Sequence record: LC819005.1
Reading direction: 5' to 3' (one strand)
Length of the DNA: 64,000 nt
Of the stretch, positions 55,691 through 63,484 are shown in pieces (positions within the stretch are counted from its first letter, which is position 1; each line of letters starts with the position of its first letter). The notes beneath the pieces were generated by a model. That model saw only the letters and a program-made list of their open reading frames with translations, did no database searches and was not told the DNA's origin. A program made the translations under genes and the position numbers.

Positions 55691-56646
55691 TTTCCTCCTT
55701 CGAGCAACATGTCGGCGAAGTAGTGATTCAACCTATTCGCGTGTTGGAGATAGACGTCGATGCTACGATCCATCGGCGACGCCTTGATCGGGCGCTTCAG
55801 GATCTGCGGCACGAGCCGGTCGATCACTTCGATGATCTTGCCGTGCCAGTAGACGTGGCCCCGCTTGAACAATCCGTCATGCAGATGCGGGATCAGATTG
55901 CGTGCCATGAATCTGACATCGCAGTCGAGCGCCACTTCGTCGATATAGCCTTCCATCAACTCAGACAACGAAAGCGTGTTGCTGTAAAGCAGTTCTCGCG
56001 CGTAGCGATTGCTGGTGGCTGCCCATGCCAGAAACAGCCGATAAAGGCCATCCGTGATTTCCGAATGCTTTGGCGCTTCCTGCACCACACCAGCCTTGAC
56101 GTCCTTCAACTGCAACATCACCCGCTTGGCACGACTCGCGCAGCTATGACGCAACTTCTCCGGATCGTAGGTGGCCTTGGCGAACTCGCCGATCATCATG
56201 AACAGCGCGTCCAGGTCACCGCCAATCTTCAACACTCGGTTGTCGTGAGCGATGCGGAAATCCAGATTGCCCTTGCCGATCTCCTGCGTCCAGTGATCTA
56301 GACTTACGAAGTTCAGCTGCACTTCACGCGTCTCCAGCACAGTGTGGTCTTTTTCCCGACTGACCACCGTGAGCGTTACCTGAGGCGGCATTGCGTCTTC
56401 GCGCGCCACCTGTTTCGTATCCACGTTCAGGAGTTTGGCGTACTGCGACACCGGCCCGACGTAGATGACGTAGAAGTCGAGATCCGATTCTTCACTTGCA
56501 CAGCCCTTGGCTTGTGAGCCAAAAAGACCGGCATAAAGCGGTCGGATGTTGTGCTGCACCGCGAACTCGTCGATGAAGGTTTTGACATTCGGCAGCAGTC
56601 GTTTGCCAAACTTCTCGTCGAACATTCCCCGTGTAAACGTGGCCAT
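55687..56646 (-). CDS. RlaP-like (PF10127-type) pol-beta nucleotidyltransferase B
   Basis: LYAGLFGSQAKGCASEESDLDFYVIY and KGN motif; GAGGA RBS before ATG at 56646. Confidence 0.8.
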   Translation of the reverse strand: MATFTRGMFDEKFGKRLLPNVKTFIDEFAVQHNIRPLYAGLFGSQAKGCASEESDLDFYVIYVGPVSQYAKLLNVDTKQVAREDAMPPQVTLTVVSREKDHTVLETREVQLNFVSLDHWTQEIGKGNLDFRIAHDNRVLKIGGDLDALFMMIGEFAKATYDPEKLRHSCASRAKRVMLQLKDVKAGVVQEAPKHSEITDGLYRLFLAWAATSNRYARELLYSNTLSLSELMEGYIDEVALDCDVRFMARNLIPHLHDGLFKRGHVYWHGKIIEVIDRLVPQILKRPIKASPMDRSIDVYLQHANRLNHYFADMLLEGGK

Positions 56647-56704
56647 ACTTTCCTCTGTATTGTTCAAATGGTACTGCGGGCCATCCGAAGATGGCCCTTG
56701 CCGC

Positions 56705-57646
56705 TTATGCCGCGAGCAGTTCTTGCTTGTTGGTGTTGATCAGTTTGCCTTGACCCGAACGATCGTCTTCGTGGTCGATCAGTTCCGAATAGAGGTCGAT
56801 CATCTCGCGCGTTTCTTCACGCGTGTTCGGATACTGCTGCGGATTGGCGCGCAGATACGTCGTGGCTTCCTTGAGCACCGCAACCGAGAACGCTTTCAAC
56901 AGCGATTCGGATTCGCTCGGAATACCTGTCGGCATATCGAACGGACTGCGTTCGGTGCGAGCACGGATGACACCGGTGACTTCCTTGCGGAAACCACTCG
57001 GGAAATCCGCTTCCCACTTGCCGCGGTTCATTTCGATCAGTTCCTGGATCGTGCGGCAGTGCTGTTTGTCGCCATCCAGGTACGCGAGCAGACGATGCGC
57101 TGACCACAGCGTGCCGAGGAACGTGCGCTCTTGCTTGTACTCGCGCCCGTGCGATTCGATCTGCTGGAGCGTGCGCAGGTTGTTCGTCATGTGCTCGCCG
57201 CAGCGGTGCACCAGATTCGAGACGCTGAAGTAATCCTGGGCGACCGAGTCGAACAGGAACTTCACGTGCGCGTTTTCCTTGGCGAAACATTCGTACGCCA
57301 TCAGCGAGAACGTGCTTGCGTTCATAATCCCGCGCAACAGCGAGCGCATATCCAGCAACGACACCATGATCTGCCAACCAAGCTCACGCGACATCTGCGT
57401 GGAGAGCTTGGCGAGCTTCTCACGACGGTCATCCAACGTGCCTTCGAAGATCGGCGCATTGGACATGTTGATGTAGTCCGAGACGGGACGGTTCAGCAGG
57501 AAGCAGATGTCCGTGTCGGAGTTGGGGTCATTGAATCCCCGGAGAATCGATCCGTGAATTGCAGATGCCGTCACTTCCAGCCCCAAGTGACGGGATACCA
57601 GCGCCGTAGCTTCAGCGAGACGCTGCTTTTTGATTTGTTCGTGCAT
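56705..57646 (-). CDS. RlaP-like (PF10127-type) pol-beta nucleotidyltransferase A
   Basis: AIHGSILRGFNDPNSDTDICFLLNRPVSDYI; GAGGA RBS before ATG at 57646. Confidence 0.82.
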   Translation of the reverse strand: MHEQIKKQRLAEATALVSRHLGLEVTASAIHGSILRGFNDPNSDTDICFLLNRPVSDYINMSNAPIFEGTLDDRREKLAKLSTQMSRELGWQIMVSLLDMRSLLRGIMNASTFSLMAYECFAKENAHVKFLFDSVAQDYFSVSNLVHRCGEHMTNNLRTLQQIESHGREYKQERTFLGTLWSAHRLLAYLDGDKQHCRTIQELIEMNRGKWEADFPSGFRKEVTGVIRARTERSPFDMPTGIPSESESLLKAFSVAVLKEATTYLRANPQQYPNTREETREMIDLYSELIDHEDDRSGQGKLINTNKQELLAA

Positions 57647-57699
57647 TTTGGTGTCCTCGATGTGGTAAATTGGCAATAGACCTAGATCCATTCTCAGTA

Positions 57700-57717
57700 G
57701 TGATATGTGCCTGAAAC
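57700..57717 (-). promoter_or_regulatory. Putative early promoter for the NTase operon
   Basis: Minus strand GTTTCAGGCACATATCAC; 16/18 identical to the 54841 motif. Confidence 0.65.
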
Positions 57718-57800
57718 TAAGTCCAGATCACCTATCCAAGCCATTTGCTCACAGTAAGGACACCCGACTGTATTTTCTAATTGCTTACAACTATCCTTGT

Positions 57801-58208
57801 TCAGAAGTAAATCTGAACGGTGTGCGCCGCCGCTTCACGATGCATCGTATCCGTGTTGTGCAGGCGCATAGAGACGACGCCGTGGCAACCCTTAGCGTTG
57901 TCCTTCGCCCACTGGCTCGTGACCTTCTCGAAGCCCGCATACGTGCAGAACCACAAACGTTCGTCAGTGCCTCGTACGGTCTTGATCAGACCCTTGGTGT
58001 AAAAGTCTTCGGAGGTCACGACGTCGAAGATGTCACTTACCTCGTCACTCATCGCCGGATTCGTGTCGCCCCAGTAGGCCAACAGAATTGCCGTGATCAG
58101 ACGCATGTTATCGCGCAGTTCCGCTTGGGAGCCCGCGTAGCCCACGCCGTGTAACAGCGCGCGGGTGTAGATCTTGTTGTTTGGTGTTACCAGATGCAGA
58201 AAAGCCAT
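57801..58208 (-). CDS. Hypothetical protein
   Basis: 135-aa ORF, ATG start. Confidence 0.65.
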   Translation of the reverse strand: MAFLHLVTPNNKIYTRALLHGVGYAGSQAELRDNMRLITAILLAYWGDTNPAMSDEVSDIFDVVTSEDFYTKGLIKTVRGTDERLWFCTYAGFEKVTSQWAKDNAKGCHGVVSMRLHNTDTMHREAAAHTVQIYF

Positions 58209-58238
58209 GAGAATCCCCGATGATTGACTTAGGTCAAT

Positions 58239-58670
58239 TCATGGACGATCTTTGTAATTCTCCACTTCCCACGGTCGCCAGCAACGCACTCCCTGAGAAC
58301 GTTTGTATTCCATGTCTGTGCGACGCTTTATTTCTTTCAGACAGATCGCTCGCACACGCTGTGGAGTTATATCCAGCACTTCGGCTATAGCTCGGTAGTT
58401 GTAACCACGCACATTGTGCTGAACCAAGATATGGCCGAACAGCTGTGCGATATAATGCACACGCTTTTGCAAGGCGATTTCGTGTCTGAGATCCATCATT
58501 TCGTTACGAGTATCAACGATCCAGTCTTTCTGTGCTTTGGTGAGCAGGTGCGCTAGATCGTTCTCTACGTGTAACAGCTTAGTCATGAACTCATCGTATT
58601 TTGCTAGATGATACTTCCGTCGTTCACGTAGTTGTTCGAATGACATCGGCAGAGGGGTGGCGTCCATCAT
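58239..58670 (-). CDS. Protein with a C-terminal helix-turn-helix (sigma70 region-4-like)
   Basis: GYNYRAIAEVLDITPQRVRAICLKEIKR; TAGGAG RBS. Confidence 0.65.
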   Translation of the reverse strand: MMDATPLPMSFEQLRERRKYHLAKYDEFMTKLLHVENDLAHLLTKAQKDWIVDTRNEMMDLRHEIALQKRVHYIAQLFGHILVQHNVRGYNYRAIAEVLDITPQRVRAICLKEIKRRTDMEYKRSQGVRCWRPWEVENYKDRP

Positions 58671-58757
58671 GTCTCCTAAATTGGGGGTGTGATAAATAAC
58701 CCTCGGAGTAAGAAGTTGACAGCATAAAAGCCGGTTTCCCGGCTCCGATGCTTTATC

Positions 58758-58827
58758 TGCGTAGGATGGGAATCGAACCCACTCTTTCGGGTCGTAACCG
58801 ACGTTATGCCAATCTACTACCTGACGC
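58758..58827 (-). tRNA. tRNA-Arg(ACG), atypical, possibly a pseudo-tRNA
   Basis: T arm GTGGG-TTCGATT-CCCAT; anticodon arm TCGG-TTACGAC-CCGA; D-loop TTGG; acceptor GCGT(C)AGG/CCTACGC with a bulge; no encoded CCA. Confidence 0.7.
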
Positions 58828-59001
58828 AGTTACAACGGACGTTACCGGCATTTCCAACCCCGAGCTGATACTGAGACCCTAGGTTAAGAAAGTAACTAGC
58901 AGCGGAATTACTGCTACAAAATGCAATGACGGTGTATTAAAACAAATTACTATAGACAAGAGGTGTACTCTCTACCACCCTGACTTTTTATAAGGTCGTT
59001 T

Positions 59002-59724
59002 ATGTTCGAACTGCTTCTCTCAACCAGATTGGTCGCTAGCGGTCCCGACCGCAGTATGACGTTTCTGGGGGAAGTTGCTGCAGCTGATTTTATTGCAGGC
59101 GATGCTTTGGCTGCCGCGGTGGGTGTGTCTTTTGGCGTAGCAACCAATACGACCACCAACTGGCTCCGCTTTCTTTATGGGGGCAAGACGCTCTACGTTC
59201 CTAAGCTAGCGATACGGACTACCAATGGTTCAAACAGTGTTACGTGGGGTAAGCTTTACACTGCAGGTGTAGTGTATGGTAGTGGTCTTAGTTCTGATCC
59301 AGTGCCGTTGAGTCAGGCTCCTGCTGTCCAGAACGCACGAGTGACAATTGGCGGTCAGGTGTATATCGTTCGTCTTATCAGGGGCGCGCCGGTCAATCCA
59401 CTGCCTGCGTTGACAAATGGTTACGATCCAGCCGTTTGCGTGGGATCGGAATGGAATGATTTATTCTACCCCATTGTCAGCGATCCCAAGATTACGTCAT
59501 ACACCGGACCCATGCAGGCGTCTTATTCCCTAGCGAATCTGGGCTTCACTGGTTCATCGAGTGGCGGTGGTGCTTTTGTCGCCAACACCGTTGGATCAGC
59601 CAATGCTGCGCTAGTGCGCGGCGCCTGGGGTTCTGACACAGCGTGTTTTGCTGGTCAGCTCAATTACGGTTCGTCCGGAGCTCCCTATGGCTGGCGACCC
59701 TGTCTCGAACTGGTGTCGTCGTAA
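59002..59724 (+). CDS. Putative virion protein of the phiKZ-like 'MFELLL' paralogue family
   Basis: WLRFLYGGKTLYVPK, W..LY.AG.VYG, VRLIRG, SEWNDLFY and WRPCLEL recalled from phiKZ-like tail-associated paralogues. Confidence 0.7.
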   Translation: MFELLLSTRLVASGPDRSMTFLGEVAAADFIAGDALAAAVGVSFGVATNTTTNWLRFLYGGKTLYVPKLAIRTTNGSNSVTWGKLYTAGVVYGSGLSSDPVPLSQAPAVQNARVTIGGQVYIVRLIRGAPVNPLPALTNGYDPAVCVGSEWNDLFYPIVSDPKITSYTGPMQASYSLANLGFTGSSSGGGAFVANTVGSANAALVRGAWGSDTACFAGQLNYGSSGAPYGWRPCLELVSS

Positions 59725-59795
59725 TACTTCTACGCTTCGTGGTTGCGAAGACAAAAAAATAAAAGGAAGGCTTCGGCCTTCCTTTTATGCCGGCA

Positions 59796-60146
59796 TTACC
59801 AGTAACGAGCGTCACCGGGCTTCTCGCGCAGCTGAACCTCGTGGTCTGCGTCTCGCTTGTAGCGATGCAGTTCCTTCGTGGCTTGCTGGCGATACGTCCG
59901 TTCTGCTGTGTTGCGATAGCTCCAGGGAACGCTCGCGTGAAGGTATTCCTTGGTGAGACAATCGCCGCGCTTCTTGCGCAGCTTAGCGTACTCAACTTTG
60001 GACAGCATTTCCTTCGCTGCTGTCCAGCCACCAGAGGCGACAGGAATCCACCAGAGATCCCACAGATAACCGCCTTCGACTTCCCGGGAGTTATCGATGC
60101 AGTATTCGAGGGTACGGCTGGGGTTGGTGCGGTAGGTGCGTGACAT
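59796..60146 (-). CDS. Hypothetical protein (MSRTYR-start type)
   Basis: GGAG RBS before ATG at 60146; 116 aa. Confidence 0.7.
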   Translation of the reverse strand: MSRTYRTNPSRTLEYCIDNSREVEGGYLWDLWWIPVASGGWTAAKEMLSKVEYAKLRKKRGDCLTKEYLHASVPWSYRNTAERTYRQQATKELHRYKRDADHEVQLREKPGDARYW

Positions 60147-60236
60147 GGTTTTCTCCGAATGAGGGGCACATTCGGGAAGTGGCATGCCAGCGTGTGGCGA
60201 TGTGGTTCATGGATAGCTCCGAGGTTGACTACACTA

Positions 60237-60902
60237 TTACAGATCGTGTAGCGTGACGATCAGTTCTTGATACTGATCACGTGCCCAGGTGATGAGCATG
60301 GATTGTTGCGCATTCGACGTCTGCAGTTCTTCGCGGAAATCGACACCGCTGGCGTCACCGTCCAGGAAACTGGCCATCGCATTGGAAAACGACGTCGTGG
60401 TGCAGCCCAACCACTGACAGAGGCAGAACAGCCAGTAGCATTCGCCAACCGTGTAGTGCAGCCCTTCCTTGCTGTTGAAGGAGCGATGGAAGTTGGCTGC
60501 GTGACGCAGGGTCGGCGTACGCTGATAGCGAGGGAACACGTCCTTGCGCAGGTACTCGGCGAGCAAGTAGCGGTCGAAGTCGGGATCGTTGGAGACGATC
60601 AGCCGCAGAACTTCGTTGGAGCCCATGTACAGGTCCGAGGCCAGCAGAGCCGGCACGCAAACGAGATAGCGCGTGGCCTTGACATTCGCGGCGAGCTTGT
60701 CGAACATTTCGTTGATCCCGGTGTGCAGGACACTCCGGGTGTGTTCGATTTGTTGCTTCTCGCGGCGGTCTTCTTCGGACAGTCCGTCCCAGCGCGTGTC
60801 GCGCCGCGGCCCAGGCGAGCCCTTTCGAAGGCTTTCCTGAATTTCTTCTTCGAACTTAGCGACGAGTTCTTTGCTCTTTTCCTGCGTGGCGATAATGCTC
60901 AT
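60237..60902 (-). CDS. Hypothetical protein
   Basis: 221 aa, AAGGAG RBS. Confidence 0.75.
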   Translation of the reverse strand: MSIIATQEKSKELVAKFEEEIQESLRKGSPGPRRDTRWDGLSEEDRREKQQIEHTRSVLHTGINEMFDKLAANVKATRYLVCVPALLASDLYMGSNEVLRLIVSNDPDFDRYLLAEYLRKDVFPRYQRTPTLRHAANFHRSFNSKEGLHYTVGECYWLFCLCQWLGCTTTSFSNAMASFLDGDASGVDFREELQTSNAQQSMLITWARDQYQELIVTLHDL

Positions 60903-60979
60903 GGTAAGACTCCTTGTGGTGAAGGTGGTTGTGGATTAAGGGCATAAGGGCCCAGGGCCGAAGCCCTGGGCAGACAACT

Positions 60980-61345
60980 TTACAGGAATACCAGAAACAC
61001 GTGCACGGCATCGTGTTCCTTGTCGAGCAGTGTGATCACCAACTCGTGCGTGGCCAGCGGAAACTGCTCTTTTGCCCACACGCTCGTGATTTCACGCAGA
61101 CCAAAGCGGCCGAAGGTCCAGCGCTGCTCCGGCTCCCACGCTTCGGGGATGTGCATCGCTTCGCTTGCGATCGGAGCATCAATAACGCCCTCGTCGTTCA
61201 GCAATGCCATCGACGCCAGTGTCGTGTGCAGGAAATGCGGCATCACGCCGACATAGTCGGTATCGGCGTTTTTGATAAAATCTGCGACCAGCTCTACCGT
61301 CTCGTCATCGATGACCTTTCGCAGGTCGATCACTTTGATGCTCAT
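60980..61345 (-). CDS. Hypothetical protein (121 aa)
   Basis: GGAG RBS before ATG at 61345. Confidence 0.7.
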   Translation of the reverse strand: MSIKVIDLRKVIDDETVELVADFIKNADTDYVGVMPHFLHTTLASMALLNDEGVIDAPIASEAMHIPEAWEPEQRWTFGRFGLREITSVWAKEQFPLATHELVITLLDKEHDAVHVFLVFL

Positions 61346-61434
61346 AACTACTCCAGGGTTAGATTGAGGGATTGCTACAAATAGTCCGGTACGGTAAAAA
61401 GACAGCATAAGAGGCGGGTTTCCCCGCCCCTCAT

Positions 61435-62013
61435 TTAAGCCGCCATGGCTTCGTAGCTGTATTCCAACAGGATGCTGACCAAGGACTTGCCAGCCACCAT
61501 AAAGGTGACGTGCATGCCGTTCTGCGTCGGGGTGAACTTCACGTGCTTCGGCGTCGTAGGATCACAGGGCTTGAGCGTAGCGCGCATCGCCTTGAATGCC
61601 TCGACGGCTGCGGTGGAGAAGCGCGGGCTGGACGACAGCACTTCATGCGCCTTGCACCAATCAACCGACTTGCCTAGCATCGAGAGATCGTGCTTACGCG
61701 GCGGGACTTTGTCTTTCACGACATCCGTGTAGACAGCCACACTCTCACCACGCTCAGCGAGCTTCACCTGTTCGAAGACCCGAGCGTCAACCTTCGAATG
61801 GAACGTCACGATCAGGAGATCACCCTCACCGTGCGTACGAATGAACGAACCGGTATTCTTACCAGCGCGCACCCACAGACGATCGAGCGCTTCCCACAGC
61901 GCTCGCATCACCAGTCCGTTATCGAACTCGTGATCAAACCCCAGATCCCGCAAGGCGTACATAAACGCCATCACATCGTCAAACGACTTCCCGGCAATGG
62001 TCTTGATCTTCAT
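61435..62013 (-). CDS. Hypothetical protein
   Basis: 192 aa, followed by a terminator at 61403-61432. Confidence 0.7.
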   Translation of the reverse strand: MKIKTIAGKSFDDVMAFMYALRDLGFDHEFDNGLVMRALWEALDRLWVRAGKNTGSFIRTHGEGDLLIVTFHSKVDARVFEQVKLAERGESVAVYTDVVKDKVPPRKHDLSMLGKSVDWCKAHEVLSSSPRFSTAAVEAFKAMRATLKPCDPTTPKHVKFTPTQNGMHVTFMVAGKSLVSILLEYSYEAMAA

Positions 62014-62042
62014 GGCGGCTCACTCTAAAGTGACTGCGTTAG

Positions 62043-62708
62043 TTATCCCCAAGGATGCCAGTTAGCGTCCTTGTCTGCTTTTTCTTCTGCGATCAGCTTG
62101 TCCAGCTCCGCCACGGTCCAGGGCAGTTCGTAGTCTGGACTGAGACGACGGCGTGTCAACGGATTGAACACGCCCTTGGCCTTCAGTGCATGAGTCTCTT
62201 CCGAGTATTTCATCATGCCCGGATGACGACAGTCGGTCACACAGCCGTAGCTGTGGTCGTAGCCGAAACCTTCACGACGTGTGAAGCCATCGAAACCTTC
62301 AGAACCGTGGTAATAGATGAGCCATTCACGACCCATTCCTTCACTGATCGTGCGCATCAGGATGTCGCCGGGCGCGACCACCAAGTGTTGGTACAGACCT
62401 GAACACAACATCATGAAGATCATTTCATCGGCGTGCTTGCAGCTGGCACGGCTCTCGTACTGGATACAGTCGTCGAGTTCTTCCTTCACCCGCCATTCGT
62501 ACGTTTCGAAATACGCTGATGAGCTCTGCAACATGCTTTCCAGCCGACTGATAGCCATCAGGTAGAAGTTCGCTGCATTCGGAATCGGCGGTGCGGTCAC
62601 GCGTGGTGCGTTATTGATCGCGTATGCCGAATCTAGGAATGCGAAGACTTCAGCCGGTGCGTCTTTCTTGACTTTCAGTCGAGACGCTAGCGCGGTATAA
62701 TTGGCCAT
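62043..62708 (-). CDS. Hypothetical protein, paralogue 2
   Basis: 221 aa, AAGGA RBS; shares RLKV(K/R)K.APA, FET..WRVKE and YESRA.C with the upstream gene. Confidence 0.78.
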   Translation of the reverse strand: MANYTALASRLKVKKDAPAEVFAFLDSAYAINNAPRVTAPPIPNAANFYLMAISRLESMLQSSSAYFETYEWRVKEELDDCIQYESRASCKHADEMIFMMLCSGLYQHLVVAPGDILMRTISEGMGREWLIYYHGSEGFDGFTRREGFGYDHSYGCVTDCRHPGMMKYSEETHALKAKGVFNPLTRRRLSPDYELPWTVAELDKLIAEEKADKDANWHPWG

Positions 62709-62717
62709 AATGGTTCC

Positions 62718-63332
62718 TTATGCCGCCTGATCGATTCGATCCAGCAGCTTGGTGCTCCAGGGAGGCACGAAAGCGTCAGCAGACGCCTTGCGCGAAGTCC
62801 GGCTGATCGCACCCACCAGGATCTTGGCTTTCATGTCCTGCGGGTACGTGAACCGGGTCGGATGTCGATCGTCATCGAGCACTTCCGTAAAGCCCCGAAG
62901 GGTGCAGTTGTACTCGAATCCGATTGTTTCGGTAAAGCGGCGTCGACGGCCGTCGTAACACAGCGCGATCTCTCGCACGCTCGTGGTATAGAGCTTACGG
63001 GCGACGATGTCTCCGTCGTTCACAATCAGCCACGGTTGAATGGACCGCAGCAGCATGGCGAAGAGGTCGAGGCTGCCGAAATGGCAAGCCGCACGACTTT
63101 CATACACCCAGTGATTACCCTTGTTCTCCTTGACGCGCCATCCCCAGGTCTCGAACGGATCAGCGACCGACGACAGCATCGTACGCAGCGTCGAGCTGTT
63201 ACGCGAGCCGATCAGTGAGATCGACTCAGGCGGAGTGACAATGCCGTACAGATCATCCAGCATGGCGATGGTGCTCGCAGGAGCGGACTTCCGTACTTTA
63301 AGCCGGGTGGCTATGCCTTCATAAGCACTCAT
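62718..63332 (-). CDS. Hypothetical protein, paralogue 1
   Basis: 204 aa; first gene after the promoter-like motif at 63367. Confidence 0.78.
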   Translation of the reverse strand: MSAYEGIATRLKVRKSAPASTIAMLDDLYGIVTPPESISLIGSRNSSTLRTMLSSVADPFETWGWRVKENKGNHWVYESRAACHFGSLDLFAMLLRSIQPWLIVNDGDIVARKLYTTSVREIALCYDGRRRRFTETIGFEYNCTLRGFTEVLDDDRHPTRFTYPQDMKAKILVGAISRTSRKASADAFVPPWSTKLLDRIDQAA

Positions 63333-63366
63333 TCAGAAATCTCTTCAGTTGGGTTAATTCACAGTT

Positions 63367-63383
63367 GTAATGTAAGCTCAAAG
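63367..63383 (-). promoter_or_regulatory. Possible early promoter (variant)
   Basis: Minus strand CTTTGAGCTTACATTAC with an AT-rich upstream region. Confidence 0.4.
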
Positions 63384-63446
63384 AAATCTTCAAATCAATT
63401 TCGCTAAGGGTATAAACCGACCGAGCTTACGTCCATAGAATTTTAG

Positions 63447-63484
63447 CGGCATAAAAAAGTGGGGGAGGGCCAATGCCCTCCCCC
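63447..63484 (-). terminator. Terminator closing the candidate large ncRNA
   Basis: Minus strand GGGGGAGGGC-attg-GCCCTCCCCC followed by ACTTTTTTATGCCG. Confidence 0.85.

Noticed and set aside
58828-58960. Second tRNA or ribozyme upstream of tRNA-Arg
   Set aside because: Only one hairpin (TAGCAG...CTGCTA); no T-loop, cloverleaf or HDV/theta-like pseudoknot could be assembled by eye.
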